Source of the DNA: Octopus vulgaris
Lineage: Eukaryota
NCBI GenBank assembly: GCA_951406725.2
Contig: OX597825.1
Location: 27,156,001-27,220,000, forward strand
Direction of reading: 5' to 3'
DNA: 64,000 bases
Positions 1 through 14,236 of this stretch are shown here, in pieces. Position 1 is the stretch's first letter; each line of letters starts with the position of its first letter. The translations under genes were made by a program, and so were the position numbers. The notes beneath the pieces were generated by a model. It did no database searches and had not been told where the DNA came from. It saw nothing but the letters and a program-made list of their open reading frames with translations.

Positions 1-339
<339 letters not shown>

Positions 340-2006
340 TTTCATAGAAATGGAAATTGTGTAACGTATTTGGCAAATGAAATAACATGAAATGACAAAA
401 AGAAATGAAGAATGAATACTTTTTTCTCCTATTGCAATCTATTTAGAAGGCTTCAGTGTGTGCAAATACGTGTGTTTATTTTAATGGCTGATTTCATTGA
501 GAGACGTTTATCTTCACCTTCACCGTGTATTTTGTTAAAGGTCAGAGAATTCGAAGAATAACTACGGTAAAAGGGTATTTTTAAAGCTTTATTCATTTTC
601 TGTTCTGTTTTGTGTTTAAGTATTCTCAGGTGCAATGTTATACACCACACTACCTTCTTATTCATTTTTCAGACATTGTATATTAGAATTCTTTATGTCC
701 CAATACATACATCAGTCTCGCATAGATATGCATTAACTCTCACACGCATACACAGACACACACATGCATACGTACAGATACATACCTAAATAGATAGGTA
801 AGTTCTTTGACAGATTGTAACTTTATGTGCGTATGTAGCTGTGTGAGTTATTTGTGTTTGCAAATAATATAAGCCCATTCACATACATTTTAAATATGTT
901 GAGCATCTATATATTTCTTACTGTAAATTCAGTAGAATCACCGATGAATTTCAAGAACATAACTTTTCATATTATTTCTACACAAACTTAGTTTCTTATT
1001 AGATAGGAAACTGCGAAAACATATACATGCAAAAGTAGTCTGATTTTCAAAGGTCCTTCGACATGTCTTGGTAAAATATCTATCAGAATATTTTGGAAAG
1101 TGAACAGCTATAACTTTTGGAACTTCTAGGATATTCTCTTTCGTATTGAGGCGAAAACTGCAAATAACTGATTTCAATCTCAAATGTTGAGTAAGGCATT
1201 GTATCAAAAACACATCAAAGCAATTACATTATTTAATTTCTATTTAACGAGTCATGAGATCAAACATACTATGAGACCTCGAAGCAGCGCTTACGCTGTC
1301 TCTAGACTTTCAAACTTGCAGTTACACATTTCTCAAATAACATACTACAGGCCTGAAAGATGTGGTAGAAGCCATTCGATGCGACAGTACCAGATATTAC
1401 AAACAATTGTCTGTTTCGTCCATGACGCTTTCTCTGTTTATATGTTTCTTCGATGAAAGCGGAGCTGGGGTAAAGAATAAGTTAGAGAAGCGACAGCAAT
1501 ATCATTCTTACCGATTTCCAATTTAAATCTATGCCAGGAAAGAGCCAAACATTTTAATGAATTTTGGGGTGTCAAATTCATTTTATCTTTTACTTGAGAT
1601 AAAGAAAGACAAAAAAAAAATCTTGTTATTTTGATTATATTCTCCTTGGCTTGAGGCGTAGATATCTTTTCTGCTTTTTTTTTTAAAATAAAGACACTCT
1701 GAGTTAAAAGAAAGACACCCTCAGTGTGTCATTGGTTATAAAGAGTATACGTAGGGAAATATACCAAAAATTACGTATGAAATATTTGGCTTTTATTGAA
1801 CATAGGAAATTAAAACCGCGGAATAATACAAAACAATAACAGTGAAAATGGAAGAGGCTTGTATCATTTTGAAGCAACTGAATAGCGAAGTATAGAAGCA
1901 AATGGTAACCCGGGGATAATATTTAGCAAAATATTACCATTTTCTGAAATTCCCAACCAGAGCGAGGAGCTTATTAGCAGATTTATGAGAAGTATCAGGT
2001 TCCTTA

Positions 2007-2075
2007 CACACACATACACACACATATATATATATATAAATAAATATATATATATATATATGTCTATATATATAC

Positions 2076-2127
<52 letters not shown>

Positions 2128-2183
2128 GTATGTATATATATGTATATATATATATAAATGTATGTATGTATATATATATATAC
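2007..2183. repeat. (CA)n/(TA)n microsatellite
   Basis: Dinucleotide runs; source of the YIYI ORFs. Confidence 0.95.
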
Positions 2184-4449
2184 ATTTATAAAACCAAATC
2201 AAATCAAAATAAAAATCCCAAACGTAATATATAAATGTACAATCATAAGTGTAGCTGCTAACTTTAAATACATATGCTTTTCAATAAATATTTTTTTTTT
2301 ATGTATTATTAACCATTTTTCATCTTTTATTATCAAACATAAAACCAATTGTACGTCCTTATCTAGCAAGATTTCGGGAACTGACGGAAACAGGAATCGA
2401 TTTTAGTCTTAAATAGGATATAATAAGGAAAGTGAAAACTTATAGCGATAGTGGGGTGAGAGCTGTGCTCTATGGAAACTTATGAGATTTTGAAGTATAG
2501 AAACCAGAGCAGCCTGATTAATAATAGATTAGACCTAAGGGCATCATGCGTACATAGGGTCACCCGTACATTTAAATATTTTCGAAATTAGCGTTTATAG
2601 GTGTTATACGGGAACGTAGACGATGGAAATTAATTTTTAGTGTCGTATCTGATTTGAGTTTACTCTGTAGTATTATTTTTGAAATCATGGGATAAAATCA
2701 TGGGATATGATGAATTAAAGTGCATTGAATATGTCTAGTTAGTCTGACTTCATCGTGTTCTTGATTAAACTATTTGTTTCTTTCTACGATGTTTCGCTAC
2801 TATCATATTATGTATTTTTGTAATGGCTTTTATGTAAGTCTCCTAATTATATACCCCTGGGAAACTATAAAAGCGTGTATGTAATAGCACCGGTAACTTT
2901 ACAGCTTATAAAATTCCACTTCAGTCTGAACACCTCCAACTGCACTTACTACTCCTATACCTATTGCTTCTTCTTTGATGTTATCATAATCTCCCCAAAA
3001 CCTGAAATTTTAATACTCTGTCACTTTAAAATGTAAGTTATATATATTTTCTTACTATTATATATAATGTCTTATTATTTTGTTTTCTTATTTTGAAATA
3101 TTTACCTTTGAACCTCTTATCCCTTATAGGTTGTTACTGTTCTTAAAGAAAGATATAGTCTCTCTAGTTACTTACGTCTTTGAGAAGTGATTGTAATATA
3201 TCCATAATAACTTATACATATTTGTGTCTATTTCATGTGTGCACATAGATAAAAATGTGTGTGTAAATGTACACAACTTGTTTTCTGATTCTTAGATTAT
3301 AATTAATATATAGATAGCATGGTTTATCACCACAGTATTCCGTAAGTAAATACCCTGAGCAGTCTTTTTAGAAACCACCTAATAAGTAAATAATTAAGTA
3401 CATGAAATAATATTAAACTAACTTTATGTAATCATCCATTTTCAATGATGAAAATTGGAATATATACACGTGTTATCTATTTAGATTATACTATCATTTT
3501 TGATCATCTTAAATTATGACTTTATACAACATAACAATATTGTTTATAAACAATTACCCATAGTACCACATGATTAAATGTCCTCTGTATTGACATGATA
3601 GGTTTTATTAGCGTCTTGTCTCTTGATTTGGGGTTTTCCCCTACCCAGCATCCTTTATAGGAAGTTACTTTATACTACTAAAATCTTCACAATATTTATG
3701 ACCATACCCAGCTATGTGCTCTCAACTCACTCCTGCCCTCCATTCTAAACAGACACAGCCTTCCAGTCTTAGATTTAGTAGTTGATAAAAAGACTAATAA
3801 ATTAGAAATGAACCACAATCCTTTACAAGCTGTGACCCCAACAAACTTCATACATTTCTTGTAAGTGCATTATATTCTTCGCTACATTAGTTGCAACATG
3901 GATTCTTTCCATCTTCTTGCTCTATATTTGAGCAAAATTATATTAATGTGACCGATTGATTAAATATTGTATTTATTTATGCAACTCAGGATACACTGCA
4001 TTTAAATTGATGTTATGATTGCATTGTTCAATTAAATCGAGTTGCTTGAAACGGTCATACTGCATCACCTCTTGACATCATATTGCTTATTTCGATTTTA
4101 CTCACCTTATTTTGAGTTGTACGGATGATACCGCACAGATTCGGTGCTTCAACTTAAGTACATTATTCAACTAAATCTCAATTATTTCTTATATACACAA
4201 ACACAAATATATATATATCTCAAAGGGTTATTGTAGTTTTAGCAAAACATATTAAGCATCACTAATAAGAAAGGAAAAACCTAAAAATAAAAAAAAAGGC
4301 TTTTGACGGTTTTATAGATATAATGCTATGATATAATGCTATTATTGGCAAACACAAATAACTCACAGAGCTACGTACGCACATAAAGTTACAATATCTC
4401 AAAGAACTTACCTATATATGATATTTATAGATATAATGCTATAATGCTA

Positions 4450-4480
4450 GGTATTTCCATAATTTTGTCCAACCCCTGTA
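4450..4480 (-). mobile_element. Solitary Tc1/mariner-like terminal inverted repeat
   Basis: Reverse complement reads TA-CAGGGGTTGGACAAAATTATGGAAATACC, the TA+CAG..AAAA..ACC style of Tc1 termini; no partner TIR found. Confidence 0.45.
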
Positions 4481-4484
4481 TATG

Positions 4485-4662
4485 ATAGATTGGTAGCCAC
4501 TGCACACATTTTTTTCTCTCCTTGTTTCTTTCTGTGTTCTTGTCTGAGGAAGAGCGTAGGCTCGAAACGTATGAACCTTTTCAATTTCTGAGCGTTATAC
4601 TAATGCATTTGTTTGTTTTCTACACCACCTGTCTTCGTCGTTAGTTCTTTTTCGTGAATTCT

Positions 4663-4666
<4 letters not shown>
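4485..4666 (+). mobile_element. Penelope-like pLTR/retrozyme fragment, family D, with minimal hammerhead motif
   Basis: Homologous to 8451-8639 (+), 35692-35885 (-) and 28527-28620 (-); contains CTGAGGA-A-GAGC-GTAG-GCTC-GAAA-CG-TA at 4544-4571; 3' end abuts (TA)n. Confidence 0.75.
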
Positions 4667-4719
<53 letters not shown>

Positions 4720-4720
<1 letters not shown>

Positions 4721-4813
4721 TTTATTTAAAGCAGCAGAAAATTCAACAAAACCTGTTACTCTGAGTTTCGCGAGTAACAGGTTTTGTTGAATTTTCTGCT
4801 GCTTTAAATAAAG
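4720..4813. repeat. Perfect palindrome, 42-bp arms, 10-nt loop
   Basis: Arm 4720-4761 CTTTATTTAAAGCAGCAGAAAATTCAACAAAACCTGTTACTC is the exact reverse complement of 4772-4813; loop TGAGTTTCGC. Confidence 0.95.
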
Positions 4814-4880
4814 CATATTACTCTACCACTGGTATTTGAGTACTTTTTTCCACCTTGTTTCACATTTATGTGTTTACTCC

Positions 4881-4932
<52 letters not shown>

Positions 4933-5551
4933 GTATGTATATATGTCTATATATATATAATTATATATATATATATATACGTACATATATACACACACAT
5001 ATAGATATAGATGACTGATAGTATAAGGTGCTTTTCTAACGCTCGCCTTGTCATCAAGAATTTTCCCTTTAAGAAGGCATACATATTCATTGATTATGTT
5101 GGCACATTACTACGAATTGTAATGACTAGAAATGGCATCTCATTTGAAAGTGCTGTTTGATTGACTTTAGTTGCGTAGACAACTGATGGATAAAAATCAA
5201 AGTTCATGCGACCCAGAGTGCAAAAGAGCGTAAATAAATATTCCATGTGGCATTTGGCAGAGACATCCACTAATTCTGCCAGCTATAGTCGATATTAGAA
5301 GAAAAAAATATTAGTAGGAAGCCAAACGATTCTAAATACCTTCTAGCAGCATTGTGAACTTTCATGCTATGAATGTATGTGTGTGTGCGTGTGCATCTAT
5401 TAAATAATACACAAACACGCACACACAACACACATACATCTATATATATATATATATATACATATTATATATAGCTATATGTATTATATATATTATATAT
5501 TATATTTACATATGTAATATATGTATATATATACATATATATATATACATA

Positions 5552-5592
<41 letters not shown>

Positions 5593-5607
5593 CATACATG
5601 CATACGT

Positions 5608-6036
5608 AGGTGCATGCATGGCTGTGTAGTAGTAAGATCGCTTCAGAACCGCATGGTTTTGGGTTCAGTCTTCCTCTGTGGCATCTTGGGCAAATGTCTT
5701 CTACTATAGACTCGAACCGACCAGAGCCATACCAGTGAATGTGGTATACAGAAACCGAAAGCTGCTTGTCGTATATTTTATATACATGTTTATGTGCGTG
5801 AAAATATCTATCAGTGAGTGTATTTGTGTCTGTGTTTGTCCACCACCACTTCTTGACAACCGGTGTTTGTGTGTTTACGTCCCTGCAACAGCGATTCTGC
5901 AAAGGTGACCAATGGAATAAATATGAGGTGTTAAATATATAAGTCCAAGGGCACGATTTGTTCGACTATAACCTTTCAAGATGGTGCACTATCATGGCCC
6001 CAGACCAATAACTGAAACAAGTAAAATATGAAAGAT
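5608..6036 (+). mobile_element. tRNA-derived SINE family A, diverged copy
   Basis: tRNA-like head (TGGCTGTGTAGT..GGGTTCAGTC), CORE-like CATCTTGGGCAAAT, tail ACTGAAACAAGTAAAA; aligns to 42168-42593. Confidence 0.85.
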
Positions 6037-6172
6037 AACAAATATATACCTATAACTTCCCCTCTCCCTATTTATATATATTTTGATATATATATATGTA
6101 AAATATGAAAGATAACAAATATATACCTATAACTTTACCTCTCCCTATTTATATAAGTTTATATATATATAT
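6021..6172. repeat. Tandem duplication, ~77-bp unit x2
   Basis: GTAAAATATGAAAGATAACAAATATATACCTATAACTT..CCTCTCCCTATTTATATA at 6021 and 6098. Confidence 0.9.
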
Positions 6173-8450
6173 GCCTAATGAGAGAGGGCTGGGGGAAAAA
6201 GAGACACAGAAAGAGATTATGTAAAATTGTTTACAATAACCAGAATGTAAGTTATTTCAAAACGTCCGATATGAAAAACTACAGCAGAAAAAATATATTT
6301 TCCCATTGCAAATAAACCATTACCCATAAAGAAACATATGCTTGATTACTTGTCATATTATCCTTTATTACCGTCATTTAACATTGTGTTTCTGTCACTT
6401 TTTGCACCGTTGTCAATATTAATTTCATTGAAGCTGCTCGATTCCTATACTCTCTCCGTTTATACTGTTCTATATTTTCGCTGCTCCACTTGTATTTCTC
6501 TTTCATATCGTCTATCTTAATGATATCATCCTTTTAATCTTGTTGCTACTGTTGACGGTATTTTCTTGCTTGTTTATCAAAGTGAAATCAGTTCCACTTT
6601 ACAGAGTAATTGCATTTGTGCAGCACTTTCAAACGGTCAAATGTTTGATATCATTATACGATTTTATTTTATTTTCGATTCTATTAAGCACATACGCTGT
6701 TAACATCTCTATGATTATATTACGATGACACTACTTCAAAGGCTCAAGTTCAATTACAATTACGGACGTATATTGTCCACTTGACCATGTCGACTGTACA
6801 TATTTTTATCAGTCTGGTATGAATTGCTTATTTCAAACACCATTGTGTGTGAACGATATATTGATTTATTAAATACATTTGCAAATTCGTTACGTATTAG
6901 GTCATCATCGACATTGTATATGCCACTAAAATGCGAGTAATATTGAAATATTTAATCAAGTTAATTGATGTCAATGTTGATATTAATAATCATTGGCACT
7001 GGTCAAAGGTTTACATGTCGGGGTAACGGTTAAAGAGCTTAGTGTAACCATCATTATAAACGCGGTAAAATGTAAATTCTTCAAAATAATAACTATTTAA
7101 CCGAACTGCGGACAACTAACTGGTATATACATATATCGTATATTAAAACGTTATATTTAAATGTGCCCAATCTGTTCAATGGGTACCTTTAAGTATACAG
7201 AGACATGCAGGTAAAAATCTGTGTTGTTGTTTTTTTTTTCATATTGTTTCAGGTAGCATGCTTAAAATTTTGCACGTAAGATTCCGACGATATCAAAAAT
7301 AATGGTTAGTCAATCTGATGCTTATTTCCATTTTCTACAACATTCAAGCTTTTTCTGTCTTATTTACTACATAGTACTTTCTCTACATACTCAGAAACAT
7401 CACTGAGATGTAATCAAATCGCAAGTCAAGCATCAGTAATTACAATTCATACTAAGATCCAAGTACAGTAACCTATAGGGAAATGCTTTGACTAACTTCA
7501 GCAAAATTGCGTAACTTTCATTAAGAATTGATGTAACAATCGAATACTCCATATATTGGGATAAATGCAAATGATGTTAGCAAGCACATTACTGTGAATT
7601 CGTTTGGAATTTGTGAGATTATAGAAGAGATGTCGTCTTTACATGTGAGTTTATATTAAAATGAAGTTAAAATGAGCGCTCTTGATCGTGCGTGCTTTGC
7701 ATTGTAAATAGACAAAGCTGGTAATAAAGCATGAGTTCCATATTACTAGAAAATTATATCGCCGGGAGCAAGAGCTTGTGATACGTATATTGATATTAAT
7801 AATAGGTTATTAGCTCAAGTTATACTAGTAACCATCTCACTTTATATTATTCTGGGTTTAATAAATTAAAGCACTTCTCAAAATATTTCAGATGGGTTCA
7901 TTTACCTATACGTACCTGAGTAAAACGTTTATACTTTGTGCAACTGCCAGATACAGTAGATCTAGGACAATCGATTTATAGATTCATGAAAGCGTCGAAA
8001 AATTGTCTTGCGGTCTTACTTATTGCAGCTTGCCATTTAAATCGAAGCTTTCTGATATAGATAAATTGAAGTACCAGTGAAATAAAGTTCGTGATGTATT
8101 CGACATGGCAATCTTTGAAAATATGACCTCGTGGAGGAATTTAGGGGTCGCTGTTACACCAATGGATGCCATTGTCTTTATCTTACATACTGTTTATTCT
8201 TGTTTAAAAAATGGAGTATTTATTTGAATGACACGACTGGCACATTTAATACATTCCCACTTTATCTCCTTGGTGTTTATTACAAATAGTGACGGACATT
8301 TAAGAGGAGAATTAATCAGTCTCCAAAATAACAAAGGACTGGGTTCGGTTTAGTCGACTTAAATCATTGAAGGCGGTGCACCATCGTGGCCACAGTCTAA
8401 TGAGTGAAAAAGTAAAAGATGAAAGTTAATATATATATATATATATATCA

Positions 8451-8635
8451 GTCGCCATGATAGATCGTTAGCCACTACACACATTTTTTCTCTCCTTGTT
8501 TTTTCTGTGTCCCTTTCTGTAGAAGAGTATAGGCTCGAAACGTAAAATACTTTTTTCTATTCCTGAGCGTTATACTAATACATCTGTTTGTTTTGTACTC
8601 CACCTGCCTTCGTCTTTTGTTTTTTCGTAAACTCT

Positions 8636-8639
<4 letters not shown>
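8451..8639 (+). mobile_element. Penelope-like pLTR/retrozyme fragment, family D
   Basis: Aligns to 4485-4666; motif CTGTAGA-A-GAGT-ATAG-GCTC-GAAA-CG-TA; (TA)n on both sides. Confidence 0.75.
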
Positions 8640-8711
<72 letters not shown>

Positions 8712-8740
8712 ATATGTATAGATAGATATATATAGTTGTG

Positions 8741-9057
8741 TAAAAACAGAGAAAAATACAATAATGAACAACAGCGTGAGAACTTTTCAGATACAAAGTA
8801 TCAATAAGACGCTCAAGGAAGGAAAGGCTGATTGTTTTACGTTTGGAGCATAGCTTTCTCCGGAAACAGGAGAAATTTGGTGTACAGGTTGGGCGAAATC
8901 TCATTTTGATCATTCCCTTGTCTCCTGCTTCCTTTTAAGAGCTATGCTCGAAATTTAAAACAGTCACTCTTTCCTTCTTCAGCGTCTTATTAATAATCTG
9001 CATGTGCTACGGCCTCGCGTTGATGTTCTTTTTGTTGTCTGATTTTCTCAGAGTTGT
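8741..9057. mobile_element. Inverted pair of pLTR-like arms with decayed HHR motif (family E)
   Basis: 8741-8876 is a diverged reverse complement of 8921-9057; both carry versions of AAGAGCTATGCTCGAAACGTAAAAC. Confidence 0.7.
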
Positions 9058-9084
9058 TAATCAACTATTTACTGCACGCTCTTT

Positions 9085-9181
9085 AAGGCAAAGTCGACCT
9101 CGGCGGAATTTGAACTCAGAACGTAACGGCAGACGAAGTACCGCTATGCATTTCGCCCGGCGAGCTAACGTTTCTGGCTCC
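9085..9181 (-). mobile_element. SINE family B fragment
   Basis: Reverse complement of the family B head/body (..GTTCTGAGTTCAAATTCCGCCGAGGTCGACTTTGCCTT). Confidence 0.85.
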
Positions 9182-11835
9182 TTATTAGTCTGGTGTTTGC
9201 ACCAGCAATAGTAGTCATCCAAATGATTGTGTTGTTGATGAAATAGAGGTGAGACTGTGGCAATGTTGGACAACAGGCTATAGGTTGACTATGTAATAGA
9301 CCCGATCCTTCTAATGCAACTCCTATTTCGGTTGTCGTGTTAGAAATCATTATTAAAGCTAATAGAAAAACTCGATGCAAATATATTGAGCATATTTGCA
9401 TTTATGTGTGCCTTTGTGATTTGATTCATTCAAGCACTACCTACATATATACATGCAGGCATAGTTATCAGATCACATAGCTACAGTCAGTAACCATAAA
9501 AGTTCATTAATTTTGAAGATTGGGATATTTTGTCTTACAAACACTTCTTTCACAATCGTTTACTATAGAACTATTTCGTTTCAACATAATTGTTCTTTTT
9601 GTGAACGAGTTTCTTATATTTTGGCCCGGCGGTTTCTTTCGCGTTTATTGTCTGAACTAATGTCTCACTCTTAATTGGCCATAAACTAATCATACGACTC
9701 ATGTTTATATTTCAACATTCTTTGTTTGGCTCTACTTGCTTCGGAATATAAATTCAGATCCAAATATGTGGTCTTGTGCATTTGTTTCATTGTTTTTCTA
9801 CAACCATATCGAGCTGTATTAGAAATATCCACGTAAGCGCTTTATATAAAATATCTACGAAAACAGGAAGATATTCAGTTATATATCTGCCCATTCGGAG
9901 CTGGACTAGAGTTACAAAAATAAAAATAAATCCCGAACACAATGTGTATCACCACATGTGTTTTAACACAGATACCATATACCAAGAAATTGTGCCAGTT
10001 CTTTCCTCTTGGAATTTTAAATAAAATTAAACGAGACTTTGTTTCCTAAGACATTCTTCCTTCTTAAATTTTTTCTCCCGTCTGAGACCTAACTACGTCC
10101 ATAAGTAATCCCTTTCGTCTTCTTTTAAGTCAGTGATTTAGCAGGGTCGACAAAATTACAGTTAAATCTAATCTAATCCCCGTTCACCACTATCGCGTTC
10201 GAGATTGCTGTCCGCAAGTGGGAGTTTCGTGCATCTGAGTGTTAGTTCCAGAGCAACTCCTTCAATTTCATCCGAAGCAACACCTTTTCTATTTTGTCTG
10301 CTGCTGCCATGAGAAATGGTTTTATATTGTGAGAGACAAGATTCGCCATAAATTCCGCCGTAACATACTCTACCACCACCACCACCACCACCACCTGTCT
10401 TCGCGTTTTAATTCTCCTGGTCTTTAATTCAAGAGAATTATTGTTATCACCAGGTATACAGTAAAATTACAAATATACACACATATATTTATTTTTCATT
10501 ACCATTAAAATTTCCTCCACATCAAACTGTCGTAGCTAAATCAAGTATATATTTACAATAAATATCAATAATTCTAACAGTTCACTTGAAGTATACATTT
10601 GCGATATATAAATATGCTATATGAAGACTGTAATGTATTCTCATATCGAAAATGCATCCTTCAGAGGTACTTCTGTGAACTTGAAAAACTCAACTTAGAT
10701 AAAAGAACTGGTAATGTGTAGAACTTTAAGATAACTTGTGAATTTTCTATAGCTTTCTAGATATTTCCCAATAATCGAAGCTATTATTTTCATATTTGCA
10801 TTTAAATTGTATATATTGAATTCTGTACTTATCAGATCGATTTATGACTGAAAGAATTGCAAAATCACTTACAATAAGAATTATATAAGATATATAAGAT
10901 ACAAAGAATGAATTTCATTAGGCATTGATATTAAAATACAGGCGTATTTAGAATTGCGAAATAAACAAGTAGACATTGGAGTACATTCTCTTCAAATGAA
11001 TATGTATACACACAGCAGCCCATTTATACACAAACATATATGTGCGTATATGTTTGTATATCTGTGTTTGAGCAAATTCTAAAGATGTCGAAAACAGATG
11101 AAAAACCACATACAAAATGGCAGCATTGAAAGGAAAGAGTTCGAGGATACAATTTTATTTTCAGTTACAATACATGTGACGGTTTGGAAGTTAGTGTTTG
11201 TTCTAAAGAAACGGAAATCAAGGCTGGAAATAGAGAGAGACAGAGACGAGGAAAGATTGACAGAAGGATAAAAAGTTTTGGGTAGAGACGGTAATGCATT
11301 AAATGTTAGAGAGAAATACCATTCTATGAAGTAAATTCAGAAGGAACATAAACAACCTGTATAGGTGGTAGTTGATTTAACTCTTATTTCTAGCAGCACT
11401 GGTGCTCATTTTGCTGACGCATATATTTCTGCCTTTCGGTTGAAAAACTACGAACGCGCCAACCGTATTTTTTATGATTTTCACTTGCAACATTTATGAC
11501 ATCAGCGTACGATAATCTTATACACTGACAAGGGAAGATGTGTTTAACCCAAGGAGCTAAGTGATAGTCACTGACGACCATTAATATAAATGCGAGGTCA
11601 CAGTGGTCTGGCTATCTCTTGACGCTGAGGGAAATTGCCTTCCTTTTCAATCATAAAGTTAAGTGCTTCTCGCGGATATGAGTTGTTTTAACTCTTATTT
11701 CTACCAATAGTGCTGACTAATAACCCCAGTAACTTTAGTGACGTATATACTACCTTTATATTGTAATATTGCAAACAAGCTACAGTTAGTTTTTATAATA
11801 TTCATATATATACATATGTATTATGTGTGTGTATA

Positions 11836-11901
<66 letters not shown>

Positions 11902-12503
11902 AGCGTGCGTGTGTGTGTGTATGTGTGTGTATGAATATATATATATATGTATATATGTACGCACACATGTGTGTATGTATGTGTGTGTGGTGACTAAATG
12001 CGGCTGGGGTGTTAGACCTAAACCACTGTAAAGTCTTCGATTACGTTGAGGAACGTAACAACAGATTAAGGAGATAGTCGGTCTCTTGGTTCCATGGAAC
12101 CCGTTTCTCTTTAGCTTCTCTGATTTTTTCTGATGCTGAGAGCTAAGTTTCAGAGTAGATCGTGCTACGCTAAAATGAGTGATGCTGAGCAAGCTGTTTA
12201 CAATTAGAGATCTCTTAGTTGCATTATTTGTGTGTTACCTTACGAGTGTCTTTGCATTTTTAGCTCATCCCACCATGTGGCCAAAGAAGATCATGTGGTG
12301 GAAAATACGAGATCGATCGACCCATTGATTGACAGATAAACAGATAGCTAAATACACGGGCAATTTGAACTCTATTTATCGTGGGACACGTTCAGTATGA
12401 TTAACTTACTTAACACTTTTATTATTTATACATTTTTATTTAACTTCAAATTATTGGAATGCAGTATGCTGTGGTACCGCTTTGAAAGGTTTCAGTTGAA
12501 CAT

Positions 12504-12614
12504 ATGAAAGGCAAATTCGATCTCGGCGAAATTTGAACTCAGAACGTAAAGACGGACGAAATACTGCTAAGCATTTCGCCCGGCGTGCTAAGGATTCTGC
12601 CAGCTCGCTTCCTT
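12504..12614 (-). mobile_element. SINE family B fragment
   Basis: Reverse complement match to 13469-13580. Confidence 0.85.
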
Positions 12615-13468
12615 AGTATTACTGAGAATATTGTGATTATAAAGATAATATTTCAAAAAAGAAAACATTTTGTGGAGAAATATCTTCTGATATTTCTCTC
12701 CTAAAGGCCATTTCTATTCTAAAATATATATAAGCACAAACATTGAATTGTGATCATATTTTAAGCAGCATGACACTTTAGTTTATTAAATTGCTTAACT
12801 GCACTTAGTTAAATACTTACTCGCCTGTATCACAAGCGTAAATTCAATATGACTGATCACAGTACACTCATACTGCACAAGCCTGATCATATATAAAGCG
12901 AACACTAATACTTCGTTTCCATAGCTAGATAAAGACGGGTCGAACAAGATAACAGGACAAATTATCCGAGAAATTCATGTAATGAATATTGCCGGAAAAA
13001 CCTATAAGATCACTTTGCCATTTAGTTCATCGGTTTATCTCTTTGCATTGTGTCCCTGCTTCAACTTTAGTATCTTGTTCTATGGAAGTCTTGCCAGTTG
13101 GTAACTGATATTTTCCCGTAGAACATGAACAGCAGGTAGTAAAAATGACAAATTCTGATTATTTCGCCAGGAAGTTTAAGCTTTGCAAACAATATCTGCA
13201 TACGTGTCAAAGAGAAATTGATATATTATCTGGAAATCTTCTGATATCTATATGCTACCTCTCATTTATAACACATGATATTTCATGTAATATGTCCACT
13301 ACCAATTGGTTACGTAATGAATAAATGGCCAATTTCTATGCAGCTGATACCGAAAATGTATTGCTGATAATGGACGAAATACTGGATGGATACGTCCCGT
13401 TAAATATTCATCACGATACATTAAGCGCTGAATTGATTCTCTATGCACTCAACATGCCCTTGTATTTC

Positions 13469-13693
13469 AAGGCGGCGAGCTGGCAGAAACGTTAGCACGC
13501 CGGACGAAATGCGTAGCCGTATTTCGTCTGCCGTTACGTTCTGAGTTCAAATTCCGCCGAGGTCGACTTTGCCTTTCATCCTTTCGTGGTCGATAAATTA
13601 AGTACCAGTTACGCACTGGGGTCGATGTAATCGACTTAAACTCCTTGTCTGTCCTCTCTGTGTTTAGCCCCTTGTGGGTAATAAAGAAATAAG
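13469..13693 (+). mobile_element. tRNA-derived SINE family B, full length
   Basis: Head AAGGCGGCGAGCTGGCAGAAACG, B-box-like GAGTTCAAATTC, central GCCTTTCATCCTTTCG.GGTCGATAAATTAAGTACC block, tail CCCCTTGTGGGTAATAAAGAAAT. Confidence 0.9.
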
Positions 13694-14049
13694 TATTTGT
13701 AATTTAAATTATAAAAGGTTGCTATTTTTGAGTTCCCTTAGTTTGTGAAAATGCTACCTTTTAAAGTATTTCTTCAGATGCTTATTTCAACGTTTACAGT
13801 CCTATAGAAAAAAGTACATGTCTCGTTTTTTTGAAATAGAACATTTAAAAGTGAGTTGGATTAAATCGTTTCTCTTCACTCCACTGCAGATCGTGGGCCT
13901 CAGCATGTTCTCTCCAACAACGGTTCGATGTGGACGCTGTGAGTTTGTGCTTGACACCATACAAGATCAATGAGCCTACTATGCAACAAAGACTCGAAAT
14001 GGGTTAGCACAGTGAGGCAATCTTCGTATTCTCTTACACAGGACTAGTT

Positions 14050-14210
14050 AAGTCGATTATATTGAGCCCAATGTTCAACTGATATGTAGAATGAAATGAT
14101 AAGAGGCAAAGTTGACCTCGACGGAATTTGAGCTTAGAACCTAATGGCGGACGAAACACCTCTAAGCTTTGCGCTTAGCATGGTAACGTGTCTGTCTCCT
14201 AACCGCCTTC
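14050..14210 (-). mobile_element. SINE family B, diverged copy
   Basis: AGGCAAAGTTGACCTCGACGGAATTTGAGCTTAGAAC is the reverse complement of the family B body. Confidence 0.75.
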
Positions 14211-14236
14211 TATATTAACTTTATTATTTATTACCG

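Noticed and set aside
7211-7310. Strong plus-strand acceptor TTTTCATATTGTTTCAG at 7252
   Set aside because: All frames stop before the GTTAGT donor; the 23-nt alternative cannot be supported.
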